A stretch of 35,291 nt of DNA, taken from a virus. The position numbers and the translations under genes were made by a program. Position 1 is the first letter of the stretch. Each line of letters opens with the position of its first letter. Under the pieces are notes generated by a model that saw nothing but the letters and a program-made list of their open reading frames with translations, was not told the DNA's origin and did not search any database. Shown here piece by piece: positions 1-7,560 of the stretch. The stretch lies in the UHGV virus genome UHGV-0392586; one strand, written 5' to 3'.

Positions 1-782
1 ATAGTGATGTGATGTTAGAGATTTTTAAGCGATCCGGAATCCCGTTTGAAGTGCATAACAGCCATACAACGGCAGATGCGCCACAGACAGTTCGGCATAT
101 CCGGAAGGTATTCCGAGAACTGGAACTGCATGGAATTAGGTGCGAAATAGAAAAACCACGCTATAAAGGAAAATTGATTAGCATGTGGAGCTTAATTCCA
201 GAAAAGCTTATTCCGCCGACAAGAATTGTAAGATACTGTTGCTCTACGCTGAAAGAAACTGGATGTGCAAACCGGTATATCGCAACCGGAGTAAGATGGG
301 ACGAAAGTACTTCCAGATTGAAAAGGGAAGAGTTTGAAAAGCTCGGACAAACCCAAAAAGAGAAAGAAAAATTTACGAAGATAATGCTGATGGAGGATAA
401 CGATGCACGAAGACGGATGAGTGAGCTATGTATGCAGCAGAAAAAAATGATTGTAAATCCTATCATAGATTGGACGCATAGTGATATCTGGGGATATATA
501 AATTCCGAGAAAATAGAGACGTGCGAGCTGTACCAGTGCGGATATGATCGTGTGGGGTGCATTGGTTGCGTGATGGCAGGAAAGAAACGATACAAAGAAT
601 TTGCAGACTTCCCGGGATACAAGAAATTATACATACATGCGTTTGAAAGAATGTTGCAAGAAAGAACAAGGAGAGGAAAAGAGAATACGTGGAAAACAGG
701 AGAAGAAGTTTTTAACTGGTGGATGGAAGACGAAAATATACCAGGGCAAATGAGCATAGAAGACTTTATTACGGAGGAATAG
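1..782 (+). CDS. PAPS reductase family protein (PP-loop ATPase, CysH/DndC-like), C-terminal 259 codons; continuation of 35189..35291
   Basis: Frame joins window end: ...SGGK + DSDVMLEIF; C-terminal CxxC-rich region (CELYQCGYDRVGCIGC) typical of phage PAPS-reductase-like proteins. Confidence 0.75.
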   Translation, partial: SDVMLEIFKRSGIPFEVHNSHTTADAPQTVRHIRKVFRELELHGIRCEIEKPRYKGKLISMWSLIPEKLIPPTRIVRYCCSTLKETGCANRYIATGVRWDESTSRLKREEFEKLGQTQKEKEKFTKIMLMEDNDARRRMSELCMQQKKMIVNPIIDWTHSDIWGYINSEKIETCELYQCGYDRVGCIGCVMAGKKRYKEFADFPGYKKLYIHAFERMLQERTRRGKENTWKTGEEVFNWWMEDENIPGQMSIEDFITEE

Positions 783-785
783 GTG

Positions 786-1169
786 ATGGGAAAAGTTGAT
801 GATTATACAGCCGGTAGATCACAGGGATTGATTCTAGCAAGGGAGATTGTAAAAAAAGACGGTATCGAGGGACTGGAGAAAGAAATCCAGTTCCGGAATA
901 TCACGGGAGTCAATACGGCGCTGACCAGAAAAGAATTAAATATAGCCTGCGAGAAGATAAAAAACATGACACTGGACACAATGATGGTGATCGCAGTCGC
1001 AACGCTGCATGATGAGTTCGATTTTGCTGGGAAACGGTGCAAGAGATTTATTGACCGGATGAATCTGAAAGCAGAGTGCTTGGTGGATGATATGGCAACA
1101 TGGGATGAGTATACAAAGATGATTAAGGACGAAATCGGGATTGAGATGGCGATTAGGAGGAATGACTGA
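786..1169 (+). CDS. hypothetical phage protein
   Basis: ORF with GGAGG RBS 7 nt upstream of ATG 786; tightly packed with flanking genes. Confidence 0.6.
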   Translation: MGKVDDYTAGRSQGLILAREIVKKDGIEGLEKEIQFRNITGVNTALTRKELNIACEKIKNMTLDTMMVIAVATLHDEFDFAGKRCKRFIDRMNLKAECLVDDMATWDEYTKMIKDEIGIEMAIRRND

Positions 1170-1315
1170 TGGGAAGATGCAAATTAACAAGTATATGCGG
1201 ACACGATTATTGCTGCATAGAATGCCTAGAAAACGAAGTGTGCAAAGAGCAGTGTGCAAGAATGGACCGGTATGAGTATTGTGTGGAGTGTCCGGAATAT
1301 GAGGAGGTGGAATAG
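1169..1315 (+). CDS. small Cys-rich protein (48 aa; MGRCKLTSICGHDYCCIECLENEVCKEQCARMDRYEYCVECPEYEEVE), putative Zn-binding
   Basis: ATGA overlap with upstream stop, stop abuts next ATG (1316); 9 Cys including CIEC/CVEC pairs; below ORF-track size cutoff. Confidence 0.5.
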   Translation: MGRCKLTSICGHDYCCIECLENEVCKEQCARMDRYEYCVECPEYEEVE

Positions 1316-1711
1316 ATGAGAGAAGTTCTTTTCAAAGCAAAGAGAAAAGACAATGGTGAATGGGTGGAAGGGTATGTTGTTGCATATCCTTCTGGAAAAG
1401 TGGAAATACACAAAATTAGCAAAGAATTACCAGATATATTACTAAAATGCGAGATTGCTCCAAGTACTTTATGCCAGTACACCGGACTTACCGACAAAAA
1501 CGATAAGAAGATTTGGGAGAATGATATTCTTGTAGAAAAACACAAAGGTATTGTCACTATGAAATATCGTGTCGTATTTGATTTAGAAGAAGGTGCATGG
1601 ATGCTTGAAACAAAATCCGGCGCAAGATATAGAATAGGTGTAGTAAATCAAAGGGATTTTGAGGTTTGTGGAAACATTTTTGATAATCCAGAGCTGTTGG
1701 AGGTGGAGTGA
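1316..1711 (+). CDS. YopX family phage protein
   Basis: REVLFKAKRKDNGEWVEGYVV...YTGLTDKNDKKIWENDIL...EVCGNIFDNPELLE matches YopX domain architecture. Confidence 0.8.
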   Translation: MREVLFKAKRKDNGEWVEGYVVAYPSGKVEIHKISKELPDILLKCEIAPSTLCQYTGLTDKNDKKIWENDILVEKHKGIVTMKYRVVFDLEEGAWMLETKSGARYRIGVVNQRDFEVCGNIFDNPELLEVE

Positions 1712-1827
1712 TGAAAAAAGAGTGCATTAAATGCAAATATTATAAAAACTACTATAAATCAACAGAATGTTATTGCAAAAAAGGTTATTGTGTTATGGAT
1801 AAGAGAAACAGGAGACGAAATAAATGA
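1711..1827 (+). CDS. small Cys/Tyr/Lys-rich protein (38 aa; MKKECIKCKYYKNYYKSTECYCKKGYCVMDKRNRRRNK)
   Basis: ATGA overlaps at both ends (1709-1713 and 1824-1827); CxxC...CxC...C pattern. Confidence 0.45.
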   Translation: MKKECIKCKYYKNYYKSTECYCKKGYCVMDKRNRRRNK

Positions 1828-2237
1828 ACGTACTAGAGAAGATCTTGGAAGAGATAAGCAAAGTTGAAAAAGAGTATGTAACTGGACATAAGGTGTTGTA
1901 TGCGTTAGGTGCTACAGGCATGGCAACCGAAATTAGTGGTATTATCCGTTCGCACATGGATGATGTTCCGGATAATAACGACGGTTGGATTCCGGTAAGC
2001 GAGAAATTGCCGGAAGATGATGATATGAGATTCTATATGTGTATTGTCGAAAATCACGAAGAGGATTTGCCGATGTTCTGCCAGTATGATAGAGAATATG
2101 GATTTGGATTTTGGCATGATATTTACGATTCGACAAGTTTAGGATTCGTTGATACGGTGTTTAAAACAAATGATGAATTGGGGTATGAAAAGGTTGTAGC
2201 GTGGCAGCCACTTCCAGAACCATACAAGGAGAAATAA
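1824..2237 (+). CDS. DUF551 domain phage protein
   Basis: C-terminal WIPVSEKLPE...VVAWQPLPEPYK signature of DUF551. Confidence 0.75.
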   Translation: MNVLEKILEEISKVEKEYVTGHKVLYALGATGMATEISGIIRSHMDDVPDNNDGWIPVSEKLPEDDDMRFYMCIVENHEEDLPMFCQYDREYGFGFWHDIYDSTSLGFVDTVFKTNDELGYEKVVAWQPLPEPYKEK

Positions 2238-2238
2238 C

Positions 2239-2433
2239 ATGGACATTTTAATCACAATCGCATTCTTAACCCTTTACTACATATTGGGGCTTGGAGCGGT
2301 CATAGCATTTAAGGAGACAGGATTGGAAGAGGATGTAAAACTAGAAGGTGCGGATTACCTGATGGCTGCGGGATTCCCGATACTGTTATTTGTGGTGTTT
2401 TTGGATTGGATTGTGCGGAGATTATGGAGGTAG
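2239..2433 (+). CDS. small membrane protein (64 aa, two predicted TM helices)
   Basis: Hydrophobic segments ILITIAFLTLYYILGLGAVIAF and FPILLFVVFLDWIV; tight spacing. Confidence 0.5.
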   Translation: MDILITIAFLTLYYILGLGAVIAFKETGLEEDVKLEGADYLMAAGFPILLFVVFLDWIVRRLWR

Positions 2434-2438
2434 AAAAT

Positions 2439-3035
2439 ATGAGAAAATTTAACTGGGATGAATTTAAAGAAGGAAAATTTGCGGTGCACTGTAAGACCGA
2501 GGAAGAAGCGAAAGATTTTTGCCGACAGTTGTATAAACACGGTATGGTATGGGGGAGTGGGAATAGTTATTTGAGTTGCACACACTATGAGGAATACAAG
2601 GATAAAACGTGCTACGGCGGACAAGGTGGATATCAGAGTTATGATTACTTTGAGAAGTATAGATATGAAATTTTAGAATGGAGCGATTACATGGACAAAG
2701 AATTTACCAAGGCAGATCTGAGAGATGGGATGGTAGTTGAGCAAAGAAATGGTGAAATGTATCTTGTATTGGCCGGGATGGTAGTGAGAAGAGACGGACG
2801 CAATCATATAGGCGGTTATGATGATGACTTGAAATGGGAAGGTTATACAGGAGGAGACATCGTTAAAGTCTATAGGATTACTCCGGAATCACTCAGACGC
2901 ATAGAAGATGTGTTTATTAAAAGCAACCTTGAACTCATTTGGGAACGCACCGAATCGAAGAAAATGACCGTGGAAGAAATGCGACAGAAGTTGGAAGAGC
3001 TGACAGGAGAGGAAATTGAGGTGATGCAGGAATGA
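2439..3035 (+). CDS. hypothetical phage protein (198 aa)
   Basis: GGAGG RBS at 2426-2430 then ATG 2439 (MRKFNWDEF...); ORF-track start 2406 overlaps previous gene. Confidence 0.6.
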   Translation: MRKFNWDEFKEGKFAVHCKTEEEAKDFCRQLYKHGMVWGSGNSYLSCTHYEEYKDKTCYGGQGGYQSYDYFEKYRYEILEWSDYMDKEFTKADLRDGMVVEQRNGEMYLVLAGMVVRRDGRNHIGGYDDDLKWEGYTGGDIVKVYRITPESLRRIEDVFIKSNLELIWERTESKKMTVEEMRQKLEELTGEEIEVMQE

Positions 3036-3241
3036 CAAGAGAGACCATGAAGCGCAGAAAGGAGACGGCAGGAGTCATCCGAAAGATAGATGCACATGAT
3101 ATGGCTAAGCATGAGCCAACAGAGAACGCCAAAAAATGGATGAAAAGAAAGGCGTACTCAGTAGAGGACTGCTTAAGAAAATGGGGAGTAGATACGAAAG
3201 GGAGTGTTGCCAGTGGACAAGAAAACACTGAAAAGGTATAA
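3032..3241 (+). CDS. hypothetical basic protein (69 aa)
   Basis: ATGA overlap with upstream stop; same-strand packing. Confidence 0.45.
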   Translation: MTRETMKRRKETAGVIRKIDAHDMAKHEPTENAKKWMKRKAYSVEDCLRKWGVDTKGSVASGQENTEKV

Positions 3242-3641
3242 ATCGAATAAAGATAGACTTATCCGGATTGAGAATCAGATACAAGAACTCTGTGAACGGG
3301 AATCGACTGTTGTCATGGGGAAGGTAACGGGATCCAGTGTAGATTTTCCGTACACCGAAGTGAGAACGTCTGTCCAAATGTACGATCCTTACGAAGAAGA
3401 GAATATAAGACGGCAGATCAGGAGAAAAGAATCAGACAGACTGCGGATTCTGAAAGAGCAAAAAGAAGTAGAGGACTACATAAATGGGATTGATGATCCG
3501 GAGATTAAGGAGATATTTGAGTTATCGTTTATTGAGGGCAAGAAACAGGATGAAGTTGCGGAGATAGTAAATATTGACAGAAGTTACGTGTCGAAAAAAA
3601 TAAGTGATTATCTCAAACTTTCACACTTTTCACAAAAATAG
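3204..3641 (+). CDS. phage late-gene transcriptional regulator, ArpU/sigma-70 region-4-like HTH (start ambiguous: GTG 3204, TTG 3207 or GTG 3213)
   Basis: C-terminal DDPEIKEIFELSFIEGKKQDEVAEIVNIDRSYVSKKI resembles sigma-70 region 4 / ArpU-RinA-type regulators; positioned immediately upstream of the packaging module. Confidence 0.6.
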   Translation: MLPVDKKTLKRYKSNKDRLIRIENQIQELCERESTVVMGKVTGSSVDFPYTEVRTSVQMYDPYEEENIRRQIRRKESDRLRILKEQKEVEDYINGIDDPEIKEIFELSFIEGKKQDEVAEIVNIDRSYVSKKISDYLKLSHFSQK

Positions 3642-3643
3642 TA

Positions 3644-3652
3644 TGCTATAAT
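3644..3652 (+). promoter_or_regulatory. extended -10 promoter element TGcTATAAT (no good -35; activator-dependent late promoter candidate)
   Basis: TGCTATAAT at 3644-3652 directly after regulator gene stop (3639-3641). Confidence 0.45.
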
Positions 3653-3654
3653 TA

Positions 3655-3683
3655 TTCTAGAACGATTATATATTGTTCTGGAA
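3655..3683 (+). promoter_or_regulatory. dyad TTCTAGAAC-N11-GTTCTGGAA (9-bp RNA stem with one G.U) just downstream of the -10
   Basis: Read directly: ttctagaacgattatatattgttctggaa. Confidence 0.5.
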
Positions 3684-3707
3684 CAATCTTTCTAAACATT
3701 CGGAATA

Positions 3708-3746
3708 CCGCCGGACTTTCACCCTTTCTCGTCTGGCGGTGTTTTT
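3708..3746 (+). terminator. rho-independent terminator CCGCCGGAC-N14-GTCTGGCGG + TGTTTTTAT
   Basis: GC-rich 9-bp stem (1 mismatch) followed by T-run. Confidence 0.65.
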
Positions 3747-3748
3747 AT

Positions 3749-3818
3749 GCGGAGTATAGCATCAGTGGTAGATGTGCGGGGTATCGCCGCGTCCTTGGTT
3801 CGATTCCAAGTGCTCCGC
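3749..3818 (+). ncRNA. tRNA-like element / degenerate tRNA (canonical T-arm CTTGG-TTCGATT-CCAAG, 7-bp acceptor CGGAGTA/TGCTCCG, extra 5' G opposite C73 as in tRNA-His; D and anticodon arms do not fold canonically)
   Basis: Manual folding: T-arm and acceptor fit, but anticodon loop GGUAUCG lacks U33/R37 and only ~2-nt variable region. Confidence 0.35.
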
Positions 3819-4010
3819 TTTGTGATGTAAGATGCAGGCTGCACAGCTGAGGTCTGCGCCGGGAGTGCACACCGGACTTACATTGCAAATGGTACCAAAA
3901 CGCAGATATCCGCAGATCTGCAAAACAAACAAATATAGATTCAGCAATCTATATTTAGTGTCAGTACCCGAGTGCGGATAGGGTAAAGGATGTCAATAAA
4001 AGGCATCCTA

Positions 4011-4084
4011 CCGGACATAGCTCAGTCGGTTAGAGCAGCAGCCTTATAAGCTGTGTGTCACGGGTTCGATTCCCGTTGTCCGGA
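4011..4084 (+). tRNA. tRNA with anticodon UAU (tRNA-Ile, AUA-decoding), 74 nt
   Basis: Cloverleaf: acceptor CCGGACA/TGTCCGG, D-arm GCTC-AGTCGGTTA-GAGC, anticodon arm GCAGC-CTTATAA-GCTGT, variable GTGTC, T-arm ACGGG-TTCGATT-CCCGT, discriminator A. Confidence 0.8.
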
Positions 4085-4244
4085 TTGTGGACTACTGCAA
4101 GGTTCCTCCTTTTTCTTATAAATTTTGATTGTGTATTTGGTTATTTTGGTTTTTGTTGGCGTTATTAATTCTTTCAGCAGTAGTCCTAAATTCTTAGCAT
4201 CCAGAGATGGGTGCTTTTATTATGTTTTAAAGGTGGTGAGTCTG

Positions 4245-4712
4245 ATGGCAAAAGGTAAATATCAAGAGTGGCTAGAGCCGGAAGGCTTGCTGAAGATAGA
4301 GGGATGGGCGAGAGATGGTCTGACGGATGAGCAGATTGCAGATAATATCGGAATTTCCAGAAGCACATTAAATAGCTGGAAAGACAAGTATTCGGACATT
4401 TCGGACACCCTAAAAAGAGGAAAAGAGGTCGTTGATCGTCAAGTTGAGAATGCTTTGCTAAAACGTGCGCTTGGATATGAGTACACGGAAACGACCAGAG
4501 AATATATACCGGAACTCGATGAAATGAAAACTACGAAAAAGGTCACAAAGCAAGTAGCACCGGACACGACAGCACAGATATTCTGGCTCAAGAACCGGAA
4601 ACCGGACAAATGGAGAGATAAGCAGGAATATGAAGATAGGACAGCGATTGAGAAGCTGGATGAAATCTTGAAAGGATTGCATGACAATGCAGCTAAGCAA
4701 AAAGCAGAATGA
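4245..4712 (+). CDS. terminase small subunit (HTH-containing TerS)
   Basis: MAKGKYQEWLEPEGLLKIEGWARDGLTDEQIADNIGISRSTLNSWKDKY typical Firmicutes-phage TerS N-terminus; RBS AAAGGTGGTGAG; directly upstream of TerL. Confidence 0.8.
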   Translation: MAKGKYQEWLEPEGLLKIEGWARDGLTDEQIADNIGISRSTLNSWKDKYSDISDTLKRGKEVVDRQVENALLKRALGYEYTETTREYIPELDEMKTTKKVTKQVAPDTTAQIFWLKNRKPDKWRDKQEYEDRTAIEKLDEILKGLHDNAAKQKAE

Positions 4713-6015
4713 GTACATAATGAGCGCAACTCATAGATGGAATATTAAATCTGGCGCGGTACGTTCCGGAAAGTCTTTTGTAGATACTGCTTATATCGTG
4801 CCTAAAAGAATCAGAGAAAGGGCCGGAAAGCCCGGATTGAACGTCATTATGGGAGTCTCAAAAGAGTCCATAGAGCGAAACGTGCTCCAACCGATGAGAG
4901 AAATCTATACCAGTGACCTGATCGGGAACATCAATAACCGGAATGTGGCAAGAGTATGCGGAGAGGATGTCTATTGTCTCGGTGCGGAAAAGGTCAGTCA
5001 AGTCGCAAAGATACAGGGAGCGTCCATCAAGTATTGTTACGGGGATGAGATTGCAAAGTGGAACAAAGAAGTCTTCCAGATGTTAAAGTCCCGTCTTGAT
5101 AAACCGTATTCCTGTTTTGATGGAGCTTGCAACCCAGAGCATCCAACGCATTGGCTCAAAGAATTCATTGACAATGTGGAGCTAGATATATATCTGCAAA
5201 AGTACACCATATTTGATAATCCATTCCTAAATCCTGGATTTGTTGAGGATCTCTGTAAAGAGTACGATGGGACAATCTACTATGACCGTCTCATTCTTGG
5301 ATTATGGAAAAGAGCTGACGGGTCGATCTACAAGCGGTTTGCAGACAATCCGGAAGCGTTCCGGTGCGAAATCGTGGATGTTCTCTCACAGGAATCAGAG
5401 CATAAGCAATTCCGAAAAGAGGATATCACATCAATCGAGATTGGATTGGACTTTGGTGGCAATCAATCCGGTCATTCATTCGTTGCCAGAGGGTATACGG
5501 ATAATTACAGAGATGTAATTGCGCTAAAATCCCGTAGAATTACGGCGAAAGATGAAAAAGAAGACATCGACAGCAATAGGTTGAATGAGTTGTTTTGCGA
5601 ATTTATCAGGGAAGTAATAGAACAATATTCGGTATGCGTGAAGAGCGGAGATTACGTGCAGTATTGCAACGTAGAATCCGTATTCTGGGACAATGCGGAG
5701 ACAGTACTTGGTAATTCCATCCGAAACGCCGTAGAAAAAGAGTTTCCGTGGATCGCTGTCAAACCGGCAAAGAAAAGACCAATCAACGACAGAATCAGAT
5801 GCACCGTCAAGCTCATGGGGGCTGGGCGGTTTTTTATTACAAAAGACTGCGAATCTCTGCAAACTGCTTTTTCGGATGCAGTTTGGGACAAAGAAGCTGT
5901 TGGGAAAGATGAGCGTCTGGACGATGGCAGCACTGATATTGACAGCTTGGATGCGTTCGAATATACAATCGAGCGCGATATGAAATACCTGATTGAAGAG
6001 GTGGAAGATGTTTGA
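4681..6015 (+). CDS. terminase large subunit (start ambiguous: 4681/4687/4720)
   Basis: Walker A-like SGAVRSGKS near N-terminus, ~440 aa, follows TerS, precedes portal. Confidence 0.85.
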   Translation: MTMQLSKKQNEYIMSATHRWNIKSGAVRSGKSFVDTAYIVPKRIRERAGKPGLNVIMGVSKESIERNVLQPMREIYTSDLIGNINNRNVARVCGEDVYCLGAEKVSQVAKIQGASIKYCYGDEIAKWNKEVFQMLKSRLDKPYSCFDGACNPEHPTHWLKEFIDNVELDIYLQKYTIFDNPFLNPGFVEDLCKEYDGTIYYDRLILGLWKRADGSIYKRFADNPEAFRCEIVDVLSQESEHKQFRKEDITSIEIGLDFGGNQSGHSFVARGYTDNYRDVIALKSRRITAKDEKEDIDSNRLNELFCEFIREVIEQYSVCVKSGDYVQYCNVESVFWDNAETVLGNSIRNAVEKEFPWIAVKPAKKRPINDRIRCTVKLMGAGRFFITKDCESLQTAFSDAVWDKEAVGKDERLDDGSTDIDSLDAFEYTIERDMKYLIEEVEDV

Positions 6016-7411
6016 TGGAATTAAGAGATTATGGAAAGGAATCATGAGGATGTTTGGGTATACAACATTAAAACAGATTATCGGCAAGGATATCGCACTA
6101 TCCAACGACATGATAGATGCAATCAATAGATGGAAACAAATGTTAAATGGGGATGCGGACTGGATTTCTGACAGCATTGTTTCCCTCGGGATTGAAGATG
6201 GAATCTGCCGAGAGTTTGCAGACTGTGCACTTGTGGAAATGGAAACTAATGTAAGTAATGAACGTCTGGACAAGATCTATCAGAAGAATATCACGAGTCT
6301 GAATGAAAACCTGCAGGAAGGCCTTGCTCTGGGGTCATTTGTTTTGAAACCACTGGGAGAATCGGTTGCCGAATTTATTTCAGCTGACAAGATTATCCCG
6401 ATTAGCTTCGGGGATGATGGAAAGCCGAATGATATTGCATTTTTGACCGTAAAAAAGGTTGGGGACGCTGATTATTTCACGAGACTTGAACGGCACTATT
6501 TTATTGACGGGAATCTGACCATAGAAAACAAGTGTTTTCACTCCCAGACAGCGAATGATATCGGTCTTCCGTGCAGCTTAGAAGCAGTGGGAGGGTGGGA
6601 AAATATCCTACCTGGACCGATTACATACCCCGGCATGAACCGAATGGACTTTGGGTATTACCGCAATCCAATTAAAAACAAGGTGGATGGTTCTTCCTGC
6701 GGTGTATCGGTATATGAATCTGCCGCTGAACTGATCCGGAAAGCGGATACACAGGGGGCAAGGCTTGACTGGGAATACGAATCGGGCGAGCGTGCAATAC
6801 ATGTTGACAACAGGGCTCTGAAACAAGACAAGGCAACCGGAAAACTTGGACTACCAAAACTCAAAAACAAATTGTATCGAGGAATGAATCTGGATGCTGG
6901 GAAATACCAAGAACTGTTAAAGGAATACTCCCCAGAAATGAGGGACGAAGCCTTTAAGCGCGGGTTGGAGGAATACAAGCGTGAGATTGAATTTTCCGTA
7001 GGTCTTGCTTATGGAGACCTGTCAGATGCGCAGGAAGTGGCAAAGACAGCCACGGAAATTAAAGCATCAAAGAACCGGAAGTACAACCGAGTGACGGCAA
7101 TTCAGAATAACTTATACGATTGCTTGGAAGACTTCGCTGCGGGACTTGCATTCTACAACAGTATGCTTAATTCGGGATATGAGTTCTCTTGCAAATTCAA
7201 CGATTCCATTCTGACCGATGAGGAAACAGAACGCCAGCAGGATAGACAGGACGTGAGTATGGGAGTGATGTCGCACTTGGAATACCGGATGAAATGGTAC
7301 AACGAGGATGAAGCCACAGCAAAGAAGATGCTGCCGGAACAGAACCAAGTTATAGACGATCAAATGTTTTCAGACTTAGGGGGGGGGCACAAGTACAAAG
7401 TAAAACATTAA
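5993..7411 (+). CDS. portal protein (start ambiguous 5993/6008/6044); ends in G9 homopolymer, possible -1 frame extension to 7560
   Basis: 472 aa, position between TerL and MuF-like minor head protein; see finding on G9 tract. Confidence 0.7.
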   Translation: MKRWKMFDGIKRLWKGIMRMFGYTTLKQIIGKDIALSNDMIDAINRWKQMLNGDADWISDSIVSLGIEDGICREFADCALVEMETNVSNERLDKIYQKNITSLNENLQEGLALGSFVLKPLGESVAEFISADKIIPISFGDDGKPNDIAFLTVKKVGDADYFTRLERHYFIDGNLTIENKCFHSQTANDIGLPCSLEAVGGWENILPGPITYPGMNRMDFGYYRNPIKNKVDGSSCGVSVYESAAELIRKADTQGARLDWEYESGERAIHVDNRALKQDKATGKLGLPKLKNKLYRGMNLDAGKYQELLKEYSPEMRDEAFKRGLEEYKREIEFSVGLAYGDLSDAQEVAKTATEIKASKNRKYNRVTAIQNNLYDCLEDFAAGLAFYNSMLNSGYEFSCKFNDSILTDEETERQQDRQDVSMGVMSHLEYRMKWYNEDEATAKKMLPEQNQVIDDQMFSDLGGGHKYKVKH

Positions 7412-7560
7412 ATGGTGCTCAAACACAAAGTCTTATTGCTATTATGTCTCAATACACAGCCGGAGAGCTGACAGAAGGGCAGGCGGTGAATTTGATCGCG
7501 ACAGCAATTGGAATCGAAAAAGACGAAGCAAGAAAAATCTTAGATGGAGAAGTGATCTAA

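Noticed and set aside
161-757. 198-aa minus-strand ORF (and nested 68-aa ORF) antisense to the PAPS-reductase gene
   Set aside because: Entirely inside a well-supported + strand gene, no RBS, low-complexity Ser/Phe/Leu-rich translation typical of antisense frames
3749-3818. Calling the first tRNA-like element a functional tRNA-His
   Set aside because: Although the -1G/C73 and 7-bp acceptor stem resemble tRNA-His, no GUG anticodon can be placed in a canonical 7-nt loop and the D/anticodon region is ~4 nt too short; kept only as a degenerate tRNA-like element
5524-6273. 249-aa minus-strand ORF spanning TerL/portal junction
   Set aside because: Antisense to two strongly supported structural genes; no start context; composition typical of shadow ORF
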